From Yuukianura sp. NJ FZ-2021 (Eukaryota): a stretch of 64,000 bases of DNA. Shown here in pieces: positions 40,301 through 55,300 of this stretch; within the stretch, counting starts at the first letter, position 1; every line of letters begins with the position of its first letter. The DNA lies in the NCBI GenBank assembly GCA_046563655.1, contig CM102285.1, positions 11,284,001 to 11,348,000 on the forward strand. The letters run 5' to 3'. The translations under genes and the position numbers were made by a program. The notes below the pieces were generated by a model. That model was not told the DNA's origin. It worked only from the letters and a program-made list of their open reading frames with translations, and ran no database searches.

Positions 40301-43300
40301 CAAGTCCATTGTCTTTGGCCTCTCTCGCAGCGATTTCCGCATTATCCGAGCTAGAGATAGAAGCCTCCCCGCCAGGAAGGATTGTCGGAGAGACAATAGA
40401 ATTTTCTTTGGATGGATTTCCATTTGCTTCAAAGTTTTAGTGAGAGGCCTGATGTATTTTGATAGGGAGAAGCTCCTCTTCTGTTGATGATAGGATCAAT
40501 ATCCTATGAAAGAACCTAACAGAGTTTGTGTAACAAAACAATAAGAGTAATAATGTATAGTGATGTGATTTAGCAGAAGATATGGACCAGAACAGTATTA
40601 GATCCTCGTTACGTCAAGTCCGTAGGGGTTCATTCAATGCATTATGATTCGTAAGGGCCTAAAAAACGCTGGAGCCCTTATCAGGCCCTGCCAAACACTC
40701 TGCGGTAGACCCGAGGCCTCCCATCACTTTTGGGTGACATCGGACGGAAAAGTGTCAACTGGAGAGGGAGGCAATGAAAAATTACAAAAATCAGTATGAG
40801 GCAAGACGATTTTTTGGATTTGCTTGAGTTGGTTAGGCTTCAGAAAGTTGCTAAACTTGTAAAAAAAAGTTTGAGGCTGTGACTTTTTTGGGGCCTTTAA
40901 AGGCTCGTTGGTTCCATATGCTTTCACTTGCAGATAAAAACTTTTTTCCTCACTTTCACTTTTTTTTTGAAAAAAGAAAGTCCGAAGTGAAAATAGAATC
41001 TGTTTTTCAATATAAAAAATAAAGAAAATTTTGGAGAGAGGGTAATCTCACCATCCCAGGCACCTATTTGAAGTCGACGAGGTGTGGAGTTGGTGCTAGA
41101 GAGAGGACAATGGACCGAGTTGCTACAAAGTGGATGGTTTTAAGTTTATATAAACTTTCCAATGAGCTCTCACTACTTTCTTATTTTTTTTAACACGTTT
41201 TGCACTCCTCTCCCTGCTTGACTGCTCAATCCCAAAATGACTTTCTCCCTACAATGTTGTACCCAAGATAAGAGTTTAAACCATATTTTTTCTCCCAATG
41301 AATTTTCTTGATCCTGTTTGACATTGTGTTTTGTTACTTGACTCGAAGGAGAAAACATCAAAGGATTCAGAAAAGCAATAAAGAAAAATGGAGTATATGA
41401 TTTTGGAGTTTTTGGCTTCCAGGTATTGTGAAAGCTCAGATCGCTCAAACTCTTCTGGAAGGGCGTGATAAAGCTGTTTAGGAAGTTAAACGACTTCTGA
41501 GCCAACAATAGAATCTGCGTCTGGTCAATTGTCACCTTTTTTCAAATCTAGAAAGCCATTTTTCAAAAAATTTCTCTAAAAATACTTGAAATTTTTATTT
41601 ATGGGAGCTATGGAATTTGAGCTGGGGCTTTCCAAAAGATGTTGAGGGAGATCAGGTTATTTTTTTGTTTCTGAGAAGTTGTGAGACACTGAAGCGTAGT
41701 GGGCCGAGCTGAAACAATAAATTGCTACTTTGGAAGACGGAGGAGGAGATAGGAATTTTAATGAAAGAAGATCTGATTGTGATCTTAAAAGTGTGATGAT
41801 GGTATGAAGTGCAGTGTAATGTTTAGGACGAGATTCGAAGACACCTTGGGGAGACAGGATTTGTGTTAAATCTATCTCTAAAGTCAAAGGGATATGCAGA
41901 ACTTACTTCGTTGTTGTGTGAAATGTTACGTGGAGAGTTGGCAACAGTTCCAAAGGGGACAGGAAGACAAATCTATTGTCTATTTTCACTTGGTGAAAAG
42001 CAATTGAGTGAATCTTTTATTGTTTTTATTTAATGATACGTTTTATGTTGGAAGTGCATAGTGTTTCCGTTGAATTTTTGAGCGAGCTGTAAATATAATA
42101 TGAACTGAGAGGTATAATGGTTTCTTTGCAGTTAGGAAATTTAGCACCCAGCACCATACCGGTAGGGCACCCGCGTAGATTTGCCAGATAATGAAATCCA
42201 CCACCTTCTCCATTTCTTTTGTGGTTCTTCTGAACGTTTCAAAAGGAAACGGAAAAAGAGCGGGAGAAAATCTTGGAAATCTAACATTAGAGTTTACATT
42301 AGCAAAGTGTCAATTTGACTCCCTCTGGGTTGGTTCACTTAAAGGGCCCCAGTAGGCCCTTCTTTGGAAAATGGCAAAAAGATTCGATAGTGTCAATGTT
42401 CTGTGATGTATAGACATCCTGATAGGACTCTTTTTTTTACGTAACTTAAGTTACGACCACCACCACTACGACCAAAACTACCCTCATCTCGAGGCTTCTG
42501 TCGTTTCTAAAGTTGCTATTAGAAAGTCTTTCTAAACTGCATTTTAACTCAGGGAGAAAGGCAGGTAGTATCTGCCTTGGAGCTTAGCACTTGTTCTCAA
42601 TTCATACGACCAACCGATTTATGACTTTCTCCTTGTTCCTAGCAGTTCCTGCCTTTTTTAAGGTTTTAAAGACTTTATCTTCATCTTTTTCTTTTAAAAC
42701 CATATTAAAGGAACATGAGTCCCAAATCGGTTCCCTTGTCTTCCGCTAGTACTTTGGTCCTTAAAGTCCTTTAAGCTGCATTCAGGATGAACATGAAGAA
42801 AAAAGTGCCAGGAGGAGAGAAATTACGGCTTTCTCTCATTCTCCCCCGTTTTCTTGAATCTAATCTTCGATTGTACCTTGGGGTCTCATAGCTCAAACTT
42901 TCACTCTCTGACGCAAGTTATAGTGGAAAGAGACGCCATAACCTTAGTTCGAGTAGGGTTTTTAGGAAATATGGTAGTTGCTATAACAGATTTTGAGGAA
43001 GGAAGTGGACCAATTACTCATCGATGAAGCTAAGAATTTCCCAAGAGTACTTTGTACTCTCGTATGCAAAAAGTTGTGAGCATTTTGGATTCCAAAATCT
43101 TAAAGTGGAGATGAGCATCCTTCAAATTATAATGACCGTCGTGTGTCATGAACATGATAGTAGGCAGTATCGAATGTTTTCTTATTCATCCAGTACAAGT
43201 AGTCAGAGGATGCAGAGATGATGAGCAAAATGACTTGAAGATAAAGAGCATCATTTGGTTGGCAGGAAATTTTGGGATGATATCTTGTCACTTACTTTGT

Positions 43301-46300
43301 AGAGAAGAAGAGTTCCACGAACTCTGCGTTTCTGAGCTTAATTTTTTTTGGGGAAATCATATCAGTTTTTCTAGAAAGGCAGAAGTTGTGTTGTCCATCT
43401 GTAACTTTTCTGAAGTGGAGGATTGATTCATTTTGAAAACCACAAATTTTGATTGTTATGAAAGGAGAAAGATGGGCAAAAGTGAGCAGGAAACTGAAAT
43501 CTGGTGATGAGTAATCAGTCGAGCAGTAGTGTAAGGAAAACATAAACTGCGTAACACAACACTTGAAATCGAAAGCTTCCTTCCTTCGTGATTTCTGTTT
43601 CTTGAGCTAAAGCAGTTTAGTCTGTTGGTTCTGGATAACATTTTCTTGGTTATCTTACCAACACTAAACTCTTGAGAGCGGAAGTAAGATGGAGTTAAGG
43701 AAAAGTTCATCTTGAAAATAAATAAACCGAAGCAAGTGTAACGCATGTACTGCAGATAATGAAATTACAGTAACATGAAACTAACGGGGATCATTTTTTT
43801 TGTCAAGTTGGCCTAGGTCAATCATGAGGGCATTGGAAGATTCGTGTTGCTTTATCCAAAAAATTTGGTTAAAAAAAATTCTAAATCGGTCACGAATCTA
43901 AAGGAGAAAGTATTTTCCGAAATTCATTTCAGGAATATTCACCAAAAAAAAATGTTCTTTGGCCCTAAATTATTGGAATGGCTTATAACCTAGTAAAACG
44001 TGAAAAAAGAAGAAAAATAACTTATTTATTATTATTTTTTTTTTTTTTTTTTCGAAAAATTGTTGTTTTTGTTTCAGACCCGAAAATTGGATGGTGGAGT
44101 TCGAAACTGAAAAAAAAATTTTTTTTTGCTCATTTTACTTGTCATGGTGTGAAAAGTTTTAATGTTTTGCTAAAATTGTGACAAAAAAAAAAAGTAAAAA
44201 AAAAATAAAAATAGTAAAAGGAAAAGAAAAGCAAAGCTGCTCCGGCTCCTGTTTTTAAGAGGATAAATTAAACGACTTCTGTTGCGTTTCCATCTCTGAA
44301 TGGATATGATAATAAAAACTTTTAAGAAAGTGAAAAATTGTAAACAGAGATTGCAAAAAATTTTAACCGAAAAACTTGCGCCTGGTTCAGTATCACCGCG
44401 GAAGTGAATTTTGAAGCATTTAAATTTTTTTGAAATCTACAACTCCTTTTTGCGTTTCTGTTTTTCGATAAAAAATTTCTGTTGATGCTCGCAAAATTGT
44501 AGAATGAAAATCCACTTTAGTGGTGCTTTTTGTGGATGTTTAATGATTAAAAAGCTCTAAATTTAGGACCACTGTTGGGTAGGAAGCCATAAAAGTGAGC
44601 CTAAATCCCAACGAAGTTTTGGTTTTTGCCTAATGGCACGTCATTATCCAGGATCTAATCAGAGCAGCCTCTCTCTCTGACTTTCTGCCTAACCATTTCT
44701 GCCTGACATGATAAAAATAATAAATCACCGATACTTTCTCATATCTTTCTCTAGCTGCTTTCTCTTTGTGCCAAACTGTGCCACCTAGGTCTATCCATCT
44801 TAGCATCTTTTTAGTCTGGAGGGGGAGCTTTCTTGCAGATTTCTAAGTGCCATTCCTTCCTTCCTTCCGTCTCATCATCTCAGCTTTAAGCTTTCACTTC
44901 CAAAAACATAAAATTTCGAGTTGCGCTTAGGTTTTCGAATTTTGTTTTAGAGGAAAATCGTGTCATTTTCTCCAAGAATTGAATTTCCTATTTGAGTTTT
45001 TGAAAGTGATTGTAAAAGTCATTGGCAAATTTGTGCTTCCCAACTCTACTTATTCTCATCGGAATTTTGAAACTGCTTTGGAAATTTTTTGCACATTTGG
45101 TAAGAAACTAATTTTTAGTGTGGCTGACAAATTGACAATTTGTGTGGAAAGTGAAGATGAAGCAGTTGAGAAATTGTTTTATGAATTTGGAATGAGCATT
45201 TGTTAGGTTTTTTGTTGACGGGGAATGTTGTATTGCGTGTGCGAAAGTAGTTTTTTGGAGCTAGAATGAAAAAAGTTAGGGTTTGGGATTGGATTGCGTT
45301 GGACATTAAATGGTAATATTAATGGTGTTGGTGGCAGTTAGCGTAATGGTGGTTGGTTAGAAGTTGGTGACTGAAGGGCTTTCATCCTACGATTCCTTTT
45401 CCCTATGAACAAGAAATAGTGCTGGAGGGATACTTATAGTGCTAGGAAAGTTTTCTAGGTAGACATCTGAGATGGAATCGATTGATAGGCTAGTCGGTTG
45501 TTTGGAGATGCTCTGTACGTGATAGGAAGACCCACTTCCCTCGGTTAGGTTTTCTTCTTCTTCCCAACTGTCTCCTCCTTGGAATTAATGAAGATTCTTA
45601 TCCTCAAGAATATTTCCATTCTCAAGATCTACGTAAGATACTCGACTAGCTTTCTTCTTCTTCGGGGAAGCCAGAAGAAGCAAATGGTCTTTGTCGAATA
45701 AGTTATCATGCAATTCCACCTCCTCCAACAATCCCCATAACTCTTACTTCTTCTCCAATATCCAAGACTGAGAAAGGCCGTCGGTGTTTTCACGTACACG
45801 TTAAGCAATTAAGTTATACCAAGGGGTGAGACAAACAAAATGTTAGGCTTTGGAAAATGGTTTCTCGGGTTTGGGTTTAAAGGCCATGTCACGCACACCA
45901 CTACCAAAAAACGCTATCCCTTGTCTTGTCAGTCAGTTTTGAAAAAAGAGGTTTTGGCTCTGGTCAAAACAAAGTCGACAGCTCACCCTTTGCCAAGATC
46001 TGTTCCTGGACCTGCTTTTGGAAATGAAAAGTGGACCTGCGTGCATAAGATCGTAATCTGCCTTTCAAATCTTCTTGACTTGGAAGCGTTTTTGACTTTG
46101 AAGCTCTGGGAGGGAGGAGGAGGAAGGGAGTGCATTATATTCCATTGTTTATAATACTTATTTCATGACATCATCCAGTTTTCTTTTTGGAAATCTGATA
46201 AGGAATTCACATTGCTATAAGAATTGGTTCCATCACGGCTTAAAACATCTCACCTGTAGTTTCCGATTACATCTTTCAAAGCTTTGTCCTTGCCACACAT

Positions 46301-49300
46301 GAGAGCGTTTCTGTTTCTGGGCATCACGAATCAGATACAATTTCCTTTTTAGTTACTTTATTTTTTCATTGAAAAAATGTTGATTTGAAACACAGTGTGG
46401 GTTTTTTCTTCTAATTTTAAGCAGAATTTGAATGCATATGGTGAAGGCTAGGTGTAATTAAAGATTTCAGAATTTTAGGAAGCTGAGAGATCATTTTTAA
46501 AAGTTGGAGGAATGCTTTTCCACCTAATGGATCTGTCTAAAAATCAAATTGATGATAAAGTGAAGTAGAATGCTGTGAATTCGGATGATACAGATGAGGA
46601 ATAGGTTAACTTTTCCGTAGGATTGCGGATAAATATTTTGTGTTAAAAGCTTTCTGTTTAATCTAATCAGAACTAAAGCGCCTCCTGAGATCTTGGAAAC
46701 TTGAAACTTCTTAAAGATTTATATGTTTAAATTCGCCTACAGGAGAGATACAAGAGGTTTTTGTTTAGAAATGGAGAAGAGAAAGGCCGCTGGGTGGAAA
46801 TTACTTAAGGAGAGCATAAGGCTGTTTGCTATGCAAAGAGAGTTATTTTCATTTACTTTAATGTGTTTAAAAACAAGGGAAAAGATTGCAATGAAAGATA
46901 CTGGGTTAAGTAAAAGGAGAAGAAGTTACAATCTTAAATGGAAGAAACATGTTAGGGTGGTGCAGGGGAGGTCATAGTTACATAGATGATGGGGAAATGA
47001 TTAGAAGTGTATTATTTTCTGGTCACTTTTGTATTAAGCATTTAACCCCTTCCGGGGAAGGTTTTTGCAAAAACCTATCAGCTTAAAAGTGTACGAGGGA
47101 ATATGAGTTTTTGGTTCTTCATGAATGCATGACTTATTAAAATCTAACCATCAAATCGTCCTAATCTTCTCATCTTTCAATGAGGTTTTGTGTAAAGTGC
47201 TGTACTGCTCAAAAGTCCAATTTTGAACTGTGACCTTCCAAATACGAAGAAGAAAAATGAGGCATTGAAGTCGTGCCAATACCATGTTGTTGTGCTTTTA
47301 TGACTTTAAATGGCATGAGAGCTAAAAAAGTCATGTGGAAGATCAAATGTAATCAACCTGATCGGAAGGTCAAGCAGCCAATTTTTAATTTTTCAAGAAA
47401 GATTAAGGGGAAAAAAGATTAAATTTTTGTAAGATTTGAACTTTTGGCCTAGAAAAGACTTTGGAATCGTTTTTAATCTTGCAGCCTTTCGACTTGCTAA
47501 GTAGGCGCTTTATCACTTTAAGTCTCATCTCTTTTAGACAAAAAGGAACAAAAATTAAAAAATCTTTGAAAATTAAAAAAAAAGAGTTAAGAGTTTTAAA
47601 ATTTGGTATTGTGAGAAGGCTTTCTCCGAAAAACAATGGAAGAGGAACGAAGCACGTCATTGTGTTACATTTGCATTTGTGAGAAGAAAGCGTGGAGAAA
47701 GGAAGCTTTTCCTCCGGTTGAGTGACTCAGGAAGGAGAAAGTGGAGAAAGTTGGCTTGGAGCCTAGCGTTGTCTGGTGCTCCTGGGCTGCTAATCTTTTG
47801 TTTATAAAGTGATACGGGGATTTATTCGGAGAAGGTTGTTAGTTAAATAGTATTTAGACTGGAGGAGGAGAGTTCTGGAAATTCTGGAAGGTTGGAGATA
47901 GGGTTAAGAGTAGAAATGAGATCTCTGGGTAGAGACGTGTCTCCTTATCAACAGCACTCTCCGTTTCTTGGAGAGGAAGAAAGGAGAGAGAGAGATGTGG
48001 AAGAGCTGGGATGGATATTAAGATATTCTAATGACTGAGGGTTCGATAAGAGAAAGCCTGCAAAATAAAGATAAATTGAAGATAGGGAAAGCAAGTAGTA
48101 TTGGATGGTTGATAAAAGGTTTTGGGGTCTCTGGGAACGAGAGATAAAGGAGCACACAAATGGAACGATAGGGAGGAAGATGAGGAAGAAAAATAGGTTG
48201 GACCTGAGAGCGACAGCGGAGAAAGAAGCAGCGTCTGAGTCTGTCTCTGATGCCTCAAAGATAATAACGCTTCATCAGTTTCCCAAATTCCAAAATGGTC
48301 CAGGAGAAGATAGAAATATTCGTTGGTTGTGCAGGGCTGAACTAAAAAGGGGGAGATATTTGTGTCATCTCTACTCGTTTTGGTCCAGAGATCACTGGAG
48401 CGCAGCATCCCTAATGACGGACTCATCTTCGAAGATTTTCCGGGAAAGTAGGGGGTTGATTTCTTAATTAATGTGATTTGGACTAATTTGTCCAGAAATA
48501 TAAAACTATGAAAAAATTTCAATTTTTTAGTAACCTACTACCCTAACTTTTTGTAGATTCGCGAAGAATTTTTCGAAATTTTGAAAATTCTAGGTTAGGG
48601 TTATAAATACAGTGATAATCTTTTGTTTAAATCTGGAGTTCCACCCAACCTATTGTTTTGGTTTAGGTTAAACTATGCTTCAGTCGTCCTTCTAAAAATC
48701 CTTTAAGTTAGGTTAGGATGTAAATTTGAAGTGGATTGATGGATTGATTGAAAGTGGTGATTGAAGCAAGGGTAAAGAGATGCTTTTTGGAGTCTGTTTG
48801 GACCTTGGCTAGGGTGAATTGAAAAAAATGTGATCTGATACGTTAAGGGGTGTTGGAGACAATGTCGTGAGGGTAGTCATGGATATGGATCAGGCTAGTT
48901 TTTTGAGGCTCTCCGGGATTGGGGATGAGTTTTCTAAATGGAAGATTTGAGAACAGAACGTAGGCATCACCAGGTTGTCAACGCCATAAACTTGGAAGAT
49001 AAACTTTCTTTGGACATCTTTAGGAGATAATGAAGGAGGCAAATGGAAACTAATTGCTTCACGTAAAAGTGAAAATAAAATATATAGTGGTGACCTTTTG
49101 GTTTTTGGAGGTGATCTTTTGTTTTCTGTTTGTTCTGAGACAAGATTGGAGAGATGAGGAATAATAGTTGGACGACTCTGTGTCCAGTCCATCCCCTCCT
49201 GTCAAGATTGGGACAACAAGACTAACAAAAAAGTTGTTTATTGCTCAGGTTGGTATTCAGGTCAGGGATCAATTGACAATTAAGGTTAGATTTTCCTGGA

Positions 49301-52300
49301 AGTAAGCAAGTTGTGATTGTTAATCGATGAAATTTGTGTACTTTGTTTTACTTTTTAAGACTTTTTGACTTTTGTTACTTTCTTGGTACAAAATCGTTTG
49401 TAGAAGATGTACAATTGAATAGATGGCATAAAGTAAGGAGATTAATGGCTGGAAAGTGGTGATTAGAACATGAGCACGAGGAGGTGTAGTCTACTATTTG
49501 AAGGACTTTGGACCATTAAGAGGCTGGAGAGGCAGAAGATGAGGGTGATAATCATTAATGATTGAGGAAGAATAGTGTTATTGGAAGGGAATGAGACTGG
49601 CAATGAGGGTGGGACACATTTGTATTCATGAAAGTCCGAGAAAAGCCTTGTTCAAATCTTCCCTGGACTTTGGGATTTGTTAGGGTGAGTGAGGGCCAGA
49701 GATGCGTATCAAAGTGTCGTTTAACGCAATTGAATGTCACCAATGTGCCATAAAGGACTAAGGGACTTGGAAATTTAGACAATTGATACCTGTTCTTTCC
49801 CTCCTTTTATTTCTACAAACAAGTCTGTCAACACTTCACTAAATAAGGATCAGATGAAACTTAAAGTTATTCCATTCTCCTACTACACCAGACATCACCA
49901 CGTTAGGAGTCATTCTTAAGTCGATAGGATCTCACATTCTGTCCAATTTATTACATTCCTTCCCATTGTTTCAGTTTTTTGTTCTAAAATGGCTTGAATT
50001 AAAACGAATTCTTGTGAGAATTGATGACGAGTGAAAGCAGAAAAGGGCGGAGCTTCGAAATGTAAAGCATGATGTAAAAGGCATTTGAATTTTGCAAATA
50101 TCGGACAAGGGAAATCGGAAGATCGAGATTAATTTGGTGAAATGGATAATTTTTGGTTCATTTATTATAATTATATCGCGTTAATTTGTGATTAATTAAA
50201 AAGAACTTTTTCGGTCTTATCCGTATCATGGTGAAAAATAATTCGGAGACCACAAGATACTTAACTGGGGGATTTTGAGCCCAAGACTTTAATTGCGATT
50301 TGAATCCTCGGTTTAGTAAAAGCTTCCTCGTTAAAGTGTCCAATTGAGAGTCTGATTTTGAGGTTTTCCAGAAGGTTGTTTCCAAGGGAGAAATGAACTT
50401 TTGACCAAAGGCATCTCCTGATTAATCCCTACTTACTGGGACAATCTAATTAACACCAACCAGAAAAAATTAATTAAGTTATCGATGATATTTTTAGTCT
50501 TATGGGCTCAAATATTGCTTTGAGTAGAGTAAGGGACACCGCATGCTGGGAAGATTAAAAGGCCAAGACGATTTCTGAAATCAAAACCAAATGGAGTGAC
50601 TAATGGTTATTAAATATTGCATTGGTATCTTCGTAAGCGGTTCTTTTGTCAAAATCCACGAATCGCGTAACCATAATCAATCAGTGTTGGGTTGCAGAAT
50701 TGGCAAATCAGCAATTCTGCGAGATTTTGGTTGTTTCCGAAGGTCAAATCAATTTTCGGAATGTTTTCCGAATGTGGCTGAAATTTTTAATTTTCTGCAG
50801 GAGAAAGTAGAAAGTCTTTCTGTGTATGGCAAAGACACCAGAATTTTTGAATTTTGAATTAAATTCGCATTTTTGAATCACAGATTCCCCAGTTTCGAAC
50901 CTTGTGCTTCCAATTTTTCTGGAGTTAACTGGAGTTTTGCTCTAACTCATTTTGATTCTTTTTTCAAAAATCAGACGGTAGCTAACTGATGATGTGTTTT
51001 TGTTTTTGAAATGTTGAAAAGATGAGTGATTGTTTTGGTAAGTTTATTATTTTGTTGACAGATAAACTGGTAGGGCTGGGCACTTAAAAAAGATGAAACA
51101 GTTAAGATGGTTTCTTAAGGGTTTGATTTTTGTGTGTCAGGTATGTTTTGCCTGTCCTTATATTTTGATGATCATTGACCACAGATAATGTCACTCTCCT
51201 TTCCACGCCTCTTTTCTCCTTAGATTCTTTAGTGACATGGAAGAGAAAACATGTATGTACTAGTTTAGAAATCCAATATAAATACTAAACAGTTATCGTC
51301 CATCTTTTCTGTATGGAAGGATTGGATATTCTAAACATTTCCGATCAAAAGAGTCAATTAATCCTACCTCATGTCACTGCTCCAAGTTCTGACTTGGAGT
51401 CTTCTTTTAGACAAGTTTTTTACCTGTTTGGAGACCTAAATTTGTTTAGAAGGACAAAATTTGTTTTGATTTTGTCTAAATATTTATTAAGGGCCAGAGT
51501 AATAAAAACTGACGAGATTTGGAATCTTTGTGGCCGTATTTTACGGTGACACGACTTTAAAGTTACGTGGGGCCGTGAAAGTGTTACTACTTTGGGTTGT
51601 GACACATGGAAGATAATTATGTAACATTGAGATGTTTAATTTGGAGGAATGACTGGAGGCATCCTGAAATGAATTGTCTTTACAAAGTTGAGTCTGATAA
51701 GGCTGAATTGTTTTTAGGAAGAAGACATTTTTACTTGTGCTGGAGAGAGTGAGAGAATGTTACACATTTAAAATTTAAAATTGTCAGTTTTTAGTGACTT
51801 TGTGGACGTATTTTAAGGTTGCGTACTCTCATGTTTCTTTTATTTTACTTTCCCCTTGGAAAGATTAATTTGTAAGATAGAGTCTTCAGATTGGCTTTTT
51901 ATAGAAACTTTGAGTCTCCTATTTTAGGCCAACTTCCTTCCTTTATGTTTTTATGTTTGAATGTTAAGTGTACTGTAGTGGAGGAGCGAGGTTAATTAGG
52001 GAAGCGTTTTGATACTTTCCCGGACTCAAATCATGACATTTATCGAGCATATCAAGAACATGGACAGTTGTAACAATGATTTTTAGTACAACTTTTTTTT
52101 TTTTTTACTAATTTCATCACAAGAAGAAAGTTTCACCCAAAACTGCTTTGGCTCTGGCAAAAAAAAATTGTCGAAGGACGAGTCGAAAATGAGAAAATGA
52201 AAGGTGAAGAATAATCTTTCTTCGAAAGATTTGTTTCAAAGACGTTATATTATTTTAAAAACCGAAAACGTCAAAGTTTTGATATTTTTTTTTCGACGAG

Positions 52301-55300
52301 ATCACAAAAGTCGATCTCGACATTTCACTTGCATCTAATAATTCTGAATGTTTTCAACAAAACAAAAGAATCTGCTTACCCAAAATTATTATATTTTTAC
52401 TTTCGTTCCATTAACTCAATACTCAAACTCAACTCCAGTTGCAATTTTTCAAAAATAAATCAGCCTTCTGGAAAACTTGTAGAAAGTTTTCTTCTTCTCT
52501 CGTAAAGTTAATTTGCAGAAAATAAAAAGTAATTTGATGAAAGTAGAATTATAAATTTGAAATTGAAAAATTGGAATTGAGAGTTAAAAGTGTCTAAACA
52601 TAAAGTGGACAAAAATTCCTAAGAAAAATTAAGGCGACTGCTTATATTTCAAAATGTGATTTGAGTTCTGAAGTTTTCCAGTTTGTAATTAATTTGGAAA
52701 AGTTACAAATTAAGACTTGTTGAACCTGTGGTAAGGCCAAAGGGCCAAAAAATCTGGCGGATGGCTTATGAAAGTGGACTTTGAACTAATTTAAGGAATT
52801 AATGATGATAATCAATGGTTATAATGAGTTGTTCCGTGTGCGGGTAAAATCAAACTCAGACGAAAGTGTGGTGTTTGTTAACTGGAACTTCTTAACTGAG
52901 GTTTTGGTTTAAATGATGATTATTATAACGAGAACTAATCGAAGAAATGAAAGTGGGGTTGGGGATTTTAGGTTTAAATTATCAGGATAGGGAAAAGAAA
53001 AATTAGGTTCGATTAGACTTGGTGTCAACTTTTATGGTGAGGTTAATTTAGGAGTCTATCTTCCAAGAATGCCAACTTGGACACAAGATTAGAACTAGCA
53101 AGAGACTAATTTCTATTGTAGTCCAAGATACTTCCAGCATCCATTAGGTTTCTAGACGGAACGGGCTAAAAGTTAGGTTAGTTTGGTTATGTCTTGGCTT
53201 CAAAATGACTTGAAATGACTCAAAATGACTCCACCTTGATTTCACTCACAGATTTCCTGGTTATCATTCATTCATTAGGAGATGGATCTCAGGGCCCTGA
53301 TTACGTCAAAAAGTCTTTTGAGTAATAATTGTGAGACGGGCTGTACGAAACGCCCTTTACAATTTGGGAACTCGGTTTATAATGAACAGTTATCGCTGAG
53401 GAAGATCAAAGTGAAGAGAGTTCAAATCAGAAAGATCAAAATCATCCTTTTAGATTTGACAAGGACTTAATGGAATCAAAGAGTTGTGAATGAAGCGACT
53501 GGGAAATTTAGTACATCCCATTCTATTGTAAATTTAATTTTTGTTACGCTGTTAGGCTAAAAGTTACAACAAAAGAATCGCTGTAATATCAGTGTAATGC
53601 CATGCGCAGCACTTGCTTCTCGCCTGCTCGAAGTTAAAAATTTCAACGGCTCGAGTCACAACACGAAGTCTTAACTTCCTTGGCCAGGGAAACCTATTAT
53701 ATTTTTTTTAGATTTAGATCCCAGAGTAGATAAGTGAAATGGGAAAGAGATTCGTATCTGCTGGGGAGAGCCAAGTTCTAAGCATGATTGTAGAAAAAGT
53801 AAAATGGAAAAGGGTTTAGCGTTGGTGGCTTTGGCTTTAAAAGCTTCTGCTGTACTAACTGTACCACCGCCACGATGGAGTCGGTTGCATTTTGGCTAAA
53901 GTGTGTTACTCCCGGTTCCTTATCGAGATGACGGATGTGTATTGGAGATTGTAGAGTGGATTGCATGTTCAGGAAATCTAAGGCAAGGCTCTGCTGGTTT
54001 TGTTAGGTTGGTATGAACAGAAGTTTTCGCCAAAGCAAACTTTGGACGAAATTTGGGAATAACTGACATGCAAAATGGATTGTGAGAAGAGGAGGAGGGT
54101 TGTAATGCCTCCTGCAAACTATCCAACAATCCATCAGTTCAGCCTAATCAAAGTCACAGGAATTGCTACGAGATCTGTTAGGAAAGATAGAAGTACTTGT
54201 GAGTACCGTAGATTGCCGAATAACGAACTTGGAAAAGGCCGATCAAGTTTTACAATTCTAATTCCGGAAGTAATTCATTTCCGTATTATGTTCAGAATTT
54301 GTGGAAAAAGAAACTAAAATTTTTGAAATGCGGTCGGTGAAAGTTTTGTAGCGCAGTTGGGATTTCTTTTTTAAGTGAAATGAGGAAATCGGGGTTAAAG
54401 ATTAACTGTAAACGGCTATAACTTGAAATTTTACGGTAAAATAGTACTATAATTTTGAAGGGGAGAAACTACAAAAGCGTTCTTAGATGAAAAAAATTCG
54501 AGAAACGAATTGCAAATGCTGCATGGGCAGTATTTGGCCAGAGATAAGCTCCCGTGCATGCAGATCTTTTGCAAAGATTAGGCTGTCTCAGCACTTGTTT
54601 CTTTTCTTTTCTTTTTTTCTGAATCCATTGTTCCCTAATTTAACTGTCCATTTGGTTCATTAGTTGGATTTTCTTTTGTTGAGTTTGAATTTGTAAGGAT
54701 CTCCCCTTCCCATCAGATCCACTTCGACTCATTGTCTTCTATTGTCAAAATTTGATGTGAGTATATCAATAATAAGGCCGCAAGCTCCTTCTTTTTTTTA
54801 TGTGAAAGCACTGTTAAGGCTTTTTTATGTTCACCACAACGAATACGAATTCCCATTTACAAGGAAGAACATTCGTGGAAGCTTCTCGTTCAAAAGATTG
54901 TTATCTTGTCATGAGATGACCCATAACAGCTCTCCAAATGGACACAAGTGCTGGACTCAGCGGTTGGTTTAGTTCTAACTTATACAGTCAAAAATTTGAC
55001 TACTTTCAAAATAGAGTCATAATGCAAGCGATAGAATAAAATATTCAATTTGGAAACTTCGCCACACGCCACAACTGAAATATAAGTAGGATGAATGAAG
55101 GGAGGTGCTTATTTTGTGGATAAGAACACAAAATGCCTTTTTTGTCAATGCAAATAAAATTTTATTGAGGTTCTAATTAAAATATGACATTGAAAGCGTC
55201 ATAATGAGAATAGAGATAACATTTTAGTTTTAGGAGGATGATTGATCAATACCATTGACGATAACTTTCTCTTCGTTCGATGTAAAGCTGGATGGAGAAC

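Noticed and set aside
42440..42455. Perfect 16-bp palindrome cgtaacttaagttacg
   Set aside because: One or two such palindromes are expected by chance in 64 kb of AT-rich DNA.
48707..48717. gttaggttagg, arthropod telomere-like TTAGG units
   Set aside because: Only two units; no array.
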